Shown: one piece after another, positions 63,947 to 64,000 of the stretch
Numbering within the stretch: the first letter of the stretch is position 1
Layout of the letters: each line of letters begins with the position of its first letter
Sequence record: NC_061451.1
Direction: 5' to 3' (one strand)
Length of the DNA: 64,000 nt
The notes under the pieces: model-generated
Database searches by the model: none
What the model was told of the DNA's origin: nothing
Seen by the model: the letters and a program-made list of their open reading frames with translations, nothing else
Made by a program: the position numbers and the translations under genes

Positions 63947-64000
63947 ATGGAAATGTTTTCGCTTGGCCTTGAGATCAGGGCCATCCGAACTATAACTAAT
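63947..64000 (+). CDS. Start of an ORF running off the window
   Basis: ATG 63947 open to the end of the window. Confidence 0.35.
   Translation, partial: MEMFSLGLEIRAIRTITN

Noticed and set aside
1-64000. tRNA or rRNA genes
   Set aside because: No cloverleaf with T-loop GTTCRA and matching acceptor stem was found by eye in the intergenic gaps; tRNAscan-SE/Aragorn would be definitive

Overview
64 kb segment of a lytic jumbo dsDNA phage of Enterobacterales. Gene content and style resemble the Erwinia/Dickeya/Pantoea 'hairy' jumbo myoviruses (Y3/Yoloswag/Alexandra/JA11-like); this is recall-based inference, not a database result. About 100 tightly packed genes all lie on the + strand; the long - strand ORFs are shadows of low-complexity + genes. 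Recognisable products: an AcrVA2/FinQ-family protein, an AmsF/WceF exopolysaccharide-enzyme homologue, Tpt1/KptA, a radical SAM enzyme with a repeated Cys/aromatic C-terminal tail, DksA/TraR, UvsE, dUTPase, an SLT transglycosylase, an HD hydrolase, type IIA topoisomerase B and A subunits, an HNH protein and a sigma-factor-like protein. Main patterns not explained by those annotations: (i) 13 copies of a bipartite promoter, a 19-bp box RCAYWAAKHTGGACARAAT placed 31-33 bp before an extended -10 and usually followed by a 5' hairpin; (ii) about 10 copies of a Rho-N/HEH-like helix-extension-helix module embedded in poly-acidic proteins, clustered with histone-H1-like Lys/Ala/Pro proteins and a topoisomerase with basic tails (candidate phage chromatin/condensate system); (iii) a RiPP-like duplicated core fused to the radical SAM enzyme. 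No rRNA, tRNA or CRISPR array was seen. Many start codons were re-assigned from the ORF track using Shine-Dalgarno position.
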